From Camelus ferus (Eukaryota), in assembly GCF_009834535.1 (NCBI RefSeq), contig NC_045697.1, positions 102,178,001 through 102,242,000 on the forward strand: 64,000 nucleotides of DNA, in the 5' to 3' direction. Positions 10,701 to 22,700 of the stretch are shown in pieces. The notes under the pieces were generated by a model, which did not search any database, was not told the DNA's origin, and saw nothing but the letters and a program-made list of their open reading frames with translations. The translations under genes and the position numbers were made by a program. The first letter of the stretch is position 1. Each line of letters opens with the position of its first letter.

Positions 10701-13700
10701 AAAGAAAGATGGAAACTCACAGCCATTACACAAAGACTAAAGTTCTGCCCCATGCCTCCCTGCCTCCACCTCCTGGGTACAGTCTTACTTCCACAGGAAA
10801 AATGAAAACAAAGACACTATTAGAGTCAGTTTTCATCTAGCTGGATAGAGGGTGAGTCAATTCTAAGGTTCCCCCAGTGTACTTCTTTTCTCTCTTTCAA
10901 AAGTAGAATTTCAGAGTTGTAATAGAATTGTAGGGAAATGCTGGCTCCGGTCTCTGATTACTGGCTGAGGATCCAGATAAGCAAGTGATGTAATGAATTC
11001 TAGGTCGTAATTATTCTTTACCACAAATATATATGCACACAAATATGAATACTGGATATGTATTCTCTTGTATTTAAAAAAATCTCAATATATAATATAT
11101 TGATTTTTATGATTAAGCAATTATGTATTTATTTTTAAATAAGTTTTATACATTTAAAATTTATAAATTACTTTATAAAATTTTATCAACTAAATAAGAT
11201 TTTTTAATTGTGAAAGCAATATAGATTCAACAAATTAAAATTGGGAAATATAAGAAAGGTCAAATAAAAATATAAAAACCATTTTCATTCCACTACCCAG
11301 AGAAAGACATTGTAGAATATATTCCTTAGATTTTTTTTTAATTTTTTTAATGTAAGTACTGGGGATTGAACTTAGGACCTTGTGCATGCTAGATATGCAC
11401 TCTACCACTGAGCTAGACCCACCCCCTTCAGAGACAGACACTTTAAACATTTTGGTATATAGCCATCTGAACTTTTAGCTGTTGCATCTAAATATGGAAT
11501 CATTGTGTTTAAATATGTATCAATATGTAAATAGTATTTAAAAATATACACCATGAACATACATCCTATATTTTGAATACTCTTCTATTACAAGATTTTT
11601 GATGGCTGCATAGTATTCCATTATATGAATATTGTAGTTTATCAACCTCTTCAGCATTCATGTTACTTTTACTCTTATGAGAGTTATAAACCATTCTGAC
11701 ATAAACATCAGTGCACTAAACTCTCTGGATGTGTGTCTGCTTATTCCTTTGAGACTTTCTAGTAAAGGAACTGGTATCCCAGTATGATGGCATGAGGGTA
11801 GAAGGGCACCTGCAGACACTTCCCAGGGACAGCGTAACCTTGACTCCTCAGCTAAACACTCACGGTTTCCTGGAGAATCCACAAAGAATGGAAAATGTCT
11901 TGGGCACATCTGATCAGTCTACTTAAGGACAGTGTACTGAGACCTGTGTCTTTCTACCAGCTGTCACCTACTCAGTTTACCCTTGAATTGTTTAGGCAGG
12001 AATATCCTCCTGTGGCCCCATCTTGCCTCACTGTCTGCTATTTAGGTCTCAGTTCAAAGCCATTTTAGTTGGGAGGTCGTCTCTCACCTCCCTAACTTAG
12101 ATTTAGACTAAACACTCCACAGAGTCCCCAGTGCTTGGCATAGTGGCAAAGTCTCAGTGAAATCTTAATGACTGACCATTTAGAATCCAGATGTGTTCTG
12201 TAGGCCTTGATGGTTACTTGGCACCTTGGGTATTTATTCACTTGTGTGTTCATTTACAAGAGTGTTTTGACATGTCTACTTTGTACTAGGAATACAATGA
12301 ATTAATAAATAATTCATGGTCTTTCCATCGAGGAAATTCCACCTTAGTAAAGAGGGACAAAATGTAATCTAAGTGTAATGAAGTATTTTAGGGGAGCAGG
12401 GGCACAGAGGAGACAATGGTCAATTCTATCTGAAAAAGAAGGAGGTGGAAAGACCTCATGGAGGGGTTCTCTGAACTCACCTTGAAAGAAGTCTAGGATT
12501 TCATCCCACCAACTCTGCGGACATTTAGGTACAGAGTCAGCAGGGTCAGGGATGTCCTGGAACTTGAGACATCATCACAAGTTGAGGGAGTTGCAACTAT
12601 CTACGTGGTTGCAGCATGTGATGTGAGAAGCAGAGGAAGCAGTGAAATGATGTGTGTTGGGGCCATGGTATGGACTTTGGACTTTAAGGTGGCAGAAGGA
12701 CAATGAAGGGTTTGAACCAGATTTTCATTTTGGGAAGATCACTGTCAATAGCATGAAGGATGATGTGGGGGGGGTGGGGGAGACGTGCCCAGAACTCTTT
12801 ATAAGAGGATCCCATCTTGTGTTCGACAGAGACCAAGATAAGCAGTCCTTTGGCACAGGAGGCGCTCCTCAGAGAGTCCTTATCACTTGTAGGCCTTGCC
12901 TTTGGTGCAGAAGGCCTGTAGGTTAAGGGCTTAAAGGGACAGAAAATTATAGCAAGTTGTAAAAAAGATGGCAAAGACCCAGCAGTAGGATCTAACATCT
13001 CTTGAAACTGGCACTTTAATGCTTTTAATTTCAAACAAGGTCAGAGAAGGGGAAAAACAGTATTTTCAAGGGATAAGCAAAATCTATGTAACTTTTTTGC
13101 TATCGAAAGGAGAAAATGCTTAGGTAGAGAGAGCTCATTAAAAAGAGTTTCGAACTTTATCAAAATAATTCTAACCCTCTAGCAAATAGATAGAATTCTT
13201 TCTTTTCCAGCCACTATTCCTCAGTGGGGAGGAGCATTTAGTGGGAATTTTGTTCCGAAGAAGTAGAGGCAGAAGTCCCAAGGCTCTAAATTGAAGTCAG
13301 AACTCAGGAATATCTAATATTGAAGGCAATACGTTGTTTAGAGTAACACAGTCACAGTCCTTTCAATTTCAAACAAATTGTGCAGACTTTAGCCAAGTCC
13401 CATCTGTGAGCGGCATATTCTGTAAAAACTGGTTGGTTGCCAAACTGATTTGAGGCTGAAATTTTCCACTTATGATCTTAGAAATACTTGCTTTAATTCT
13501 CCAGATTTAATTGTCTGATACAATATCATAACACGGTCACCTAAAACCACCAGCACAGTAAGTAAATAAATACTTATTTATAGTAAGTAAATGATCTAAG
13601 AATAACTTGATAAAAAATATTTTTAACATCATTTCCTTAACCATCTAATTTCGGTAGCTGATCTGTAAAATGACCTTTGTCATAGTTAGTTTTTCTTCCA

Positions 13701-16700
13701 TATTCTGAAAAAACAGATAACCTTGTATAAGTATTTCAATAGGGATTAATACCTGTGCTTGGTGAGTGGTATGAGGAACGCTCAGAGGCTTCAGAGTTCC
13801 CAGTGTCAGTTTGAAAGGACACAGGCTCTGATCACACAGATAAGCTTTTATATTTTCTAGGATTTAATTGCATTTAAAGAACATGCTGGTTATTCTAAAA
13901 TAGATTCACAATTAAAGAATTTAAAGAAGTTTATCGAGCACCTCAAATTAAATAAACCAACCCCTGGTTGGAAGATGTCACTCAGGAAAAACAAAAGAAA
14001 TGTCTCTTTCTACATCCTCAGATGCTTAAGCTACTTTCAAAATCCAAGGTAAGGAACCCCAAGCTCCACAAAACATATCCCCAGCAAGCACCAAGAATGT
14101 TCTGATGCTACATTGATAGCCCTCATGTCTATCTGACGCTCCCAGGTTCCTAAGACCCTAATCAGCTAATAGACATCTGGGGACATGTTCAGTAATGCAG
14201 AGTTGCAAAATTTCTGTGACTAAGCTTATTTTAAACAGGGCTTTTTACAACAGAATCTTCCACTGGGCTATCTGAGCAAATATGTTACCATTAAGCAATG
14301 GACGCAGTTTTCCTGAACCTCTTAGGGCCTGGATTACAGAGGGGTTTCTCTTCTGCTTTTTGTCCTCTTATACTCTGGGCCCCTCCCTTTCTGTTGCTTA
14401 ATCAGCTTTCGACTTGTCTGCATTGTTCCCTGAGTAAAGGTCAATCTAAATATTATCCCAATTAATTCAAAATGTACTTTTACATATTACCATACAAGGT
14501 CTCTTGGAACATCTACTCCAACTTTCTTACTTTACAAAGAAGAAATTTGATATCGTGAAAATTGGATGATTCGCTCAGTTTAACACAGTTGGTATGGGAC
14601 AGAACTGAAACCTAATTCTGCTGCCTTGCAATAATATGCCCACTTCCTAAGTCTCTGCCTGGTTGAGATCTTGTCAGCAAGATTTCCTTCATGTTTTAGC
14701 ATATTAGTTGGTGAACATAAGGGTGCATGGTACACACAAAAAAGACAACTAAATTCCTTGAGATTCCCAAACATCCTGTGTACTAGAATTTTTATAATAA
14801 TAATGCAGTCTTCATTTTGATGACTTTTTACACAAATTTTTACAATTTATTGCAGTTCTTCCATTATCTCTTAGCCCTCAGTGTCTTCTTCCTGTAACCA
14901 CTGAGAAAAACTGTTTTCTGCTCTAGCAATACTGATATGAGGGTCCTTTTCTTAATTCCCCACTTCTTTTGTGGGAACACATCCAGACTATACCTGAAAA
15001 ATTCCACCTCTCTGCCCAAGAGACACACATTTAACTTGAGATATCATGGAAGATGTATCCAGCATCTGACCAGCCCGGAACAGAGATGGGCCTTGAGCCA
15101 ACCCTGCACATTTCCTTAGCTGCACTGGGCTCTGAAAACTTACACTGGAGTCCCTACCCCACACCTTCTTGCGGTGAATCACTGGCTGAAACTTGAAGGA
15201 TAGGTAGAGTTTTTGGTGGAAATGTGGAGGAGGAGGAATTAAGGTAAAGGAATAGCATGGGATAAAATACAGAGAAAGAGAGTGTGCATTTATGTGGAGG
15301 CTGAGGGGCAGCTAACTGATAAGAGTTTAATGTTCAGGTGGCAAATTAACACCAAATGGAATGGAAGGGAAGGTTTGGGAAGGCCTCAGACTCCTGGTTA
15401 AAAAATTTTTTTCAGTCCCAAGATACTGAAATGGCATTTGCTTTGGTACTTGGCAAGTACATATTTGTGACTTGAACTGAATCCCATAGTTTTAGATTTG
15501 GGAAGAGGGAACAAATTAGTCAATACACCGCCCAGAATATTAAATATTCCAAATTTGCATGGTGGTATCATCTCATACTTGTGTAACATGAATTGTTTCA
15601 GAACATTCACCTCTTTGGTCTCTCATCCTCACTGCTCTGACCTCACAGGTGCTCACGGAAACGCTACCAGCCTGAGATGCCTGGGCGTTGTAAGAGGGAG
15701 CACAACAGGGCCCCTGCCGCTGTTCCCGGTGTTCGGAGGAGGCGGGGTGACTTGTGGGTGAGGACATGATAGGGAGTAGAGGTCCAGTCTCCTAGCACTC
15801 TCCTCTGTGCTCTAGCCGCTAAACCACACGGCTCTCCCAAACAGCTGGCATTTCTCATGGGGAGTGTCGTTAGGATGAATGCAAGATGCAGTGTTGGACA
15901 AATACCCTGCAGTTTTTGGAAATTGCCCAAATTTCCATTAGCCGAGCTCCTGTCACGCTGTGATAAGGTCAGCTCACGCAGCTGTGAGTTTCAGTTTGGT
16001 TCCCTCCTGACTTGCAGTTGATAGAAGTCTTATCTTACAAAAGCAAACTCTTACGAGGGTACACTCTGCATAGGAAAAGCCTTCATAGTTTCCAGGTCAG
16101 AAAACTAAATTTTCTAAGTGTAAATTGTTTTTTTTTAACTCTTAAATATATATTTTTATTGAGCTAGAGTCAGTTTACAATGCTGTGTCAATTTCTGGTG
16201 TACAGCACAATTCTTCAGTCATACATGAGCATACATATATTCATTTTCATATTCTTTTTCACCATAGGTTACTACAAGATATTGAATATTGTTCCCTGTG
16301 CTATACAGTATGAGCTTGTTGTTTACCTATTTTATATATGTTAATTAATATCTGCAAATCTTGAACTCCCAATTTATCCCTTCCCACTCCCTTCCCCACC
16401 CCTGGTAACCATAAGTTTGTTTTCTTTGTCTGTGAGTCTGTTTCTGTTTTGTAAATAAATTTGTTTGTCTTTTTTTTTTTTTTTAAGATTCCACATATAG
16501 GTGATATCATATGGTATTTTTCTGGTTTGATAGTTTTCTTTTGTATTAGCTTGGTTTCTTTTTGTTTTTTTGTGACTCTACTGTGTGCTTTTGATTTGTG
16601 GTTACCTTGTTTTTCAGGTATGTTAACCCCTTACTATATCTGTTTGCTTTAGACTGGTAGTCATGTAGGCTCAAACACATCCTAAAAAGAATGAGGAAAA

Positions 16701-19700
16701 AAAAAAGAAAAGAAAAGAAAGAAAAAAGAAAAAAAAAGAAGAGAGAGGAAAAAAATCTGTATTTTCTTGCTCCCCTGTCTCACCTTTTATAATTTTGATG
16801 TCCTTTTTTTTTTTTAACATCTTCATGTTTATTCTCTTGTAACTCATTATAGTTATCCCATTTCCACTTATGGTCTTCTCATTTGTATAGCTCTCTGCTT
16901 CTTGTCTATTTAGAACAGATCTTTCAATATTTCTTTTAGCATAGGTTTACTATTGCTGAACTCTTTTAGTTTCTATCTGGCAAGACCATTCTTTAAAATA
17001 GAAGGAATTTCACAGATAAGTGCAATAGTTTTTTGGCATTGTGATGACCAGTGAAAACTGATCAATAAATGCATGTGTGGAAGTTCTGCACTGCTAATTT
17101 GTGGGAAAACTGGGAAAAACCTCACATATGCTGACTTCCAACTCAATTTCTTTTCTGTCAGACTGTATTGTTTTCTACAGAATGACTGTATAAACAGGGC
17201 TCTTGCCTATTCCAAAAGATGTTTAGAGAAAGTTACTGTTAAAAAGCAATACATTTAAAGAAATACTCAGTTTTGCCCTTGAACCAAAAGACTCACAGAT
17301 TCCATCTGGGTCAAGTTATAATAGTATAGTTCGATGTCCATCCCATCTGTTGTCATTCACTTTTCCTTTTTGGGAAGGTTTTAGTAAGCCAGAGTAGCCA
17401 GTTGCAATTTAGAAAAGTTGAACTTTCTAAGGATAAAGCAGTTGATGGGATAACATTTGAGTTTAGTGTTTTGAATAGCCCTCAACACTTTGTGTGAAGT
17501 CCCATCAATAGCTCTTAAAGAAGGACACAGCATGTTAGCTGGTGCAGTTCGTGGGCCAGATGTCAAATGTGATGACCCGTTTCTGCTCACAAGTTGCATG
17601 CTTCGGCAGTTCCCAGCAGCCAGTTGGTCACACCTCTGCCTTCCTTAACTTGGTAGAGAACCGCTCCTTGATGAGTCTGCTTTGGAGCTGCTTTGGCCTA
17701 GAAGGACATGGAACCCTGAACTTTATAGCCTGGCTCTGTACTGCCCAGCTTCCAGTCATCCTCATCCAAACCATCACTGAGCCAGCAGTAAGAGAGAGAA
17801 GAACCAGCCCATAACCCCAGCCACTGCATTCTTCAGCCTGGACAGATGGAAAGCAAGGGATATTGTTGTTTATTGTTCCAATGAGAAAGGTGATCAGAGT
17901 TCTAGTCCTGGTTTTGCCACTAACTGGTTAGGAATCTGAATAAGTCATTAGAAGTTTCTTGCTTCTAATATGAGAGTAATGGAGCAGATGTCCTCTAAGG
18001 TACTTACTCTCCCCAAATCATAGCCATTTCTATGTTGAAGGTAATAATATTCCTAGTTAACGTGTGTATTTACTAACTCTAGGCATTCTCTCTTGACACC
18101 TTCAAAACAGTTACCCAAGGGAATATTATTAAATATTAATTATCATGTGAAAAACAAAGATGAGAAACATTGCCTCACTTGCCTAAGATCACGCAGCTGA
18201 TAAATGGCATAGCTGGATTCTGAATTCCCATCTCTCTGACTGCAGAATTGTCTGTCAAGTCCTACCACAATCTATGCAGAATAAAAAGATTGAGAGCATC
18301 AAGTAAGTTTCACTAAGAGATTAAATTCTCACCAAATTATGAAACTAACTCTCAAGCAAGCCTTCACTAACAGGAATTTTGGCTAACTGCAGAGATGCAA
18401 AAATAATAATCCATCTTGTGCATAACCTGATGATGAGAGGGTTATTTCTCTAACATACAGTGGTAAAGTGACCTGTAGTGTCAGATCTAGGTTATGGAAG
18501 AACAGATGTTTCTGGTTAGTAACAGTTTGTGAACTGAAATCTCACTTTTTCCAGCCAAGCATCTTCCAATCCAGTTACTCTTGCTTACCATAAATCCTCA
18601 GAACTAAAGGGGATTTCACATACTTTAGGTGTGCCGGCTTTATTTTAAGATATTGGCATTTCTGCAGCTAAACTTCCTATACACATTAGATTTGGAGTTA
18701 AGGAAGTTAGAGTGGATGAGAAAAATTCTAATTAAAAATGAAAGCTTTATCCCAAAGTTCTCACACCACTGATACTTGCCATCACTGGCTGGACCATGAC
18801 AAATAGGAACAACAGAAGCTAAATCAGGGTCCTCACTCTTGACTGCCCATTAGAACCATCTGCAGTTCCCAGACACTGGTGTCTAATGTGCTGCCAGCAA
18901 CAAGAACCATTGCTCCAGACTAGATAAACATGTAGAAACTTCATTTTCCTGCCTTGAGTTGAAACTTATTCATGAAACAAATGGGTATTAGCCTGATTTG
19001 CTTGAGAAATAATAACAGTCACAATTTTCCATACGAAATGATGCTATTTCTTGGGGTTTTGTCTTAGAAAGCCCCATCTCCCCCACATTTGTTTTCCCTC
19101 CATGCACTTTCCAACGGTGGGCTCCTCAGTGTATGAAACAAAGTGGAGTGGCTCTGGTGGAAATCTGGGTTCGGGATCCCTTAGTGCAAGAGTGGTCAAC
19201 TTTTTTTTTCTGGAAAGGGAGAATGAGTAAAAATTTAGGCTTTGCAGGACAGTCTCTGTTACAGCTCTCTAATTCCATTGTCACAGTGCCACAGCAGCCA
19301 CAGACAATACGTCAGCCAACATACTAGTGAATGAGTACAGCTGTATTCCAATAGTTATTTATGGACACTCAAATTTTAATTTCATAGACTATCCACATGT
19401 CACAAACCATTATTACTCTTTTGATTTTTTTACGCACTTAGAATTGTAAAAAGCATTCTTAATTTTCAGGCTATACAAAGCCAGGTGGTAGGTTGGATTT
19501 GGCCCCTGATTGGGTATATTTGGAATCTCTGGATGTGGAACTCAGTCATCAGTACTTTTTAGAGTCCTTCAGATGATTCCAGCATGTAGTCAAGATAGTG
19601 AGTTCCTGCATTAATGGGCTATGAAATCAGTTACACAGTTGTCACTGGTGTTAAAAAATCAAATTGTATACGATAGAAGAGACTACATCAAAGTGCATCA

Positions 19701-22700
19701 CACACAGTAAGGACAGTTATTATTTTGTGGAATTTTGTCTCATACATATGTCTGTTTGTGTGTTTGTGTCTTTGTGCAATGAATTGCAATGTACACTCAC
19801 TATGCCTTAACCATCCTTGAATGTCCTGCTGCTTGACAGCCATGGCTGTACCCTACCTGAGTACCTGGCCTCCAGAGGGGTGCGGGAATCAGTAGCCCAT
19901 GACACAACTGAAATTCATTCAAGGCACCCACAAGCTGTTGGCCAGTTGGCTTCATACTCCAGTAGCCTTTTCCAGCTTATACAGGGTCTATAAAAGCAGT
20001 TCGAATTTCTATGTGTGCAATGCCATTAAAATGGTTTGGGAGTTCTAAGAACAAATGCTTTCAAAAGCATAAAGTTAGCTAATGGGATAATTACAAGTAT
20101 GATATATACCTTCCAAACATATAAGAGGATATAGGCAAATAAACTATAGCATGTACATTAAAAGATCAGAAATAAGAAATTTAATAAAGTATGGAATAAA
20201 AATAACAGAAAATAAACTAAATGTCAGTTGTGAATCCATAAATGCCTATGGATTAAATTTCTGTATTAAAGGATAAGGACATTTAGATTGAGTCAAAACA
20301 GACAGGAAAAAAAAAATCCAACAAAAATACACTAGATCACAAGGAGTACAAATAAAACAAAAGAATGTGACATGTTAAAAAAAGAGTGCAAGGTATACTT
20401 GAAAAATAAAAATAAATAAAACCAGAAATCACAATTTTAATATTAGACAAAGTCGAACTAAAGGCAAAGACAATAAAAAGACAGACAATTAATTCAATTT
20501 ATATTGTTAAAGGATACATGACATAATAATTCTTAAATAACTATGGACTGACCAAGCCATTATATCTCAATAGTAGAGCAACATGAAATATAAAGCAAAA
20601 GAAGAAATGGACAGAATTACAATAGCAGTGAGAAGTTTTAACTGTTTTCTCCAATTGTGATAAATCAAGGAGGCAAAAAAAATAATTAGAATCTGAAAGG
20701 TATCTGCTTTGCAATCACAAGTGATTGATGTATAGTTCTTTTGGTAATAAATTAATGAGGATAAACTTTATCATGTGTTCCAGCATTCCCAAACACTCAT
20801 TTTGAAGTGATGTTGCTGAATTGCTTGACAAGATGTTTTGAGATCTGTACCTGATGGAACAGGGAGGACACTGAAAGGCAAATTTGTGCAGTGTTTTTCC
20901 TGGCAAGACCCAATGTCACTGCCACGAACTGTCTTCTCGCCTGCCTTCCATAGAGGCACTGCATTCATGTTTTGTGCTTTGGGTTTCTTTTCTTTCATTT
21001 TGATTTTTAAACACAACCATGACTGAGAAATGAGTGGCTATATCAAAGGGAGAGCCCTTGATGAAAGGTTATTTAGCCCAGAGAAAAAAACAGCAAAAAA
21101 GTTAACTTAATAGTCATAAATTTAGGGTTCATTAGCTGCACCAAAAGGAGAAGACAGACCACCAGCCTTCACTACAGACTTCACTTTAGTGAAAGCACAA
21201 GCAGAACGCTGAGTGACAATGTTGGCAGAGAGAGGATGTGCCAAGCTGTGAACATCAACGTGTAGGACAAATAAGGCATTACAACATGTTGATGAAATGC
21301 ACGGACTCCAGAGCCAGACGGCCTGGCTTCAAAGTAATTTCATAACTACGAGCTGAGACCTTGGGCAGTTTACTTATTCCCTCTGTACCTTTGTTTCATA
21401 ATTCGTAAAATGGGGATAATAATTGTCTATCTTACAGAGTTACTGACCGTGTTAAATGAATGATTGATTGATTGATTTATATAAATGTTTACACGAAGAG
21501 AAAAATTGACCTTAAAATTCATATGGAATTGCTAGGGACCCCGAATAGCCAAAATAACCTTAAAAAGTGCAAAGATGGATGATCTACACCTTACAATTCC
21601 AAAACTTACTACAAAGCAGTGGTAATCGAAACAGTGTGGTATTGCTCTAAGAATCAATGGAATAGAATTGAGAGTCTAGAAATGAACCTGTATCTGTGGT
21701 AATTGATTTTTAGCATGGGTGCCAAGACCATTAAATGATGAAAGAACTGTCTGATCTAAAATATTAAGGGAGACAAGGCTCTAGACAAGATGAGGTCAGA
21801 ACTCTCCTCCTGCACTTTTGCACTGAGAGTTGGTATGGTGCTTGGTGACTGACAGAAGAATGTTTTATGGTTTGGGGCTTGCAGTGTTTTTGGAGTCATT
21901 TACTTTTCTGAGACAGGTATAGGACGAACACTGCCTGACTCCCATGATGTCATAGGAGTCTCTCAGTGAATAAAGCATCCTAAGGTTCTAGATGCTGCCA
22001 CTTTTCTGATACCCTTAGCTACTTGAGTGTGGCAGCCGGGGACTTGAGGGTTAGTTACTGTATCATAACAGAAATAAGTACTCTAAAAGATGGAAAATGG
22101 GCCTTTCCCAAAGAAGACATACTGTTGGCACATGAAATAATAAGCACATGAAAAGATGCTCAACGTTGCTAATCATGAAAGACATGCAAATCAAAACCAC
22201 AATGAGATTTTACCTCACATCTGTAAGAATGTGGAAAACAGTATGGAGAGTCCTCAAAAAACTAAAAACAGACTTACTGTATGATAAGCCAGCAATCCCA
22301 CTCCTGGGCATATATCTGGAGGGAACTCTAATTTGAAAGATACATGCACCCCAATGTTCATAGCAGCATTATATACAATAGCCAAGACATGGAAACAACT
22401 GAAATGTCCATCAACAGTTGACTGGATATAGAAGCTGTGGTATATTTAAATAATGGAATACTACTCAGCCATAAAAAAGAATAAAATAATGCCATTTGCA
22501 GCAGTGTGGATGGACCTGGAGATCATCATTCTAAGTGAAGTAAGCCAGAAAAAGAAAGAAAAATACCATATGATATCACTCATATGTGGAATCAAAAAAA
22601 GCAAAAAGAAGACACTAATGAACTTATCTATAAAACAGAAACAGGCTCACAGACATAGTAAACAAACTTATGGTTACCAGGGGGGAAAGGGGGTAGGAAG

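Noticed and set aside
11340..11425. tRNA gene (also 33600-33675)
   Set aside because: A-tail, TSD and degenerate stems identify these as SINEs.
11864..11869. Possible 6-nt microexon (ttctccag|GAAACC|gtgagt) in intron 2
   Set aside because: Frame-compatible, but there is no homology support and such motifs arise by chance in a 14-kb intron; would need junction reads.
18589..18603. Possible 15-nt exon (ctttag|TTCTGAGGATTTATG|gtaagc)
   Set aside because: Weak pyrimidine tract, and the encoded VLRIY does not fit a mucin-like ectodomain.
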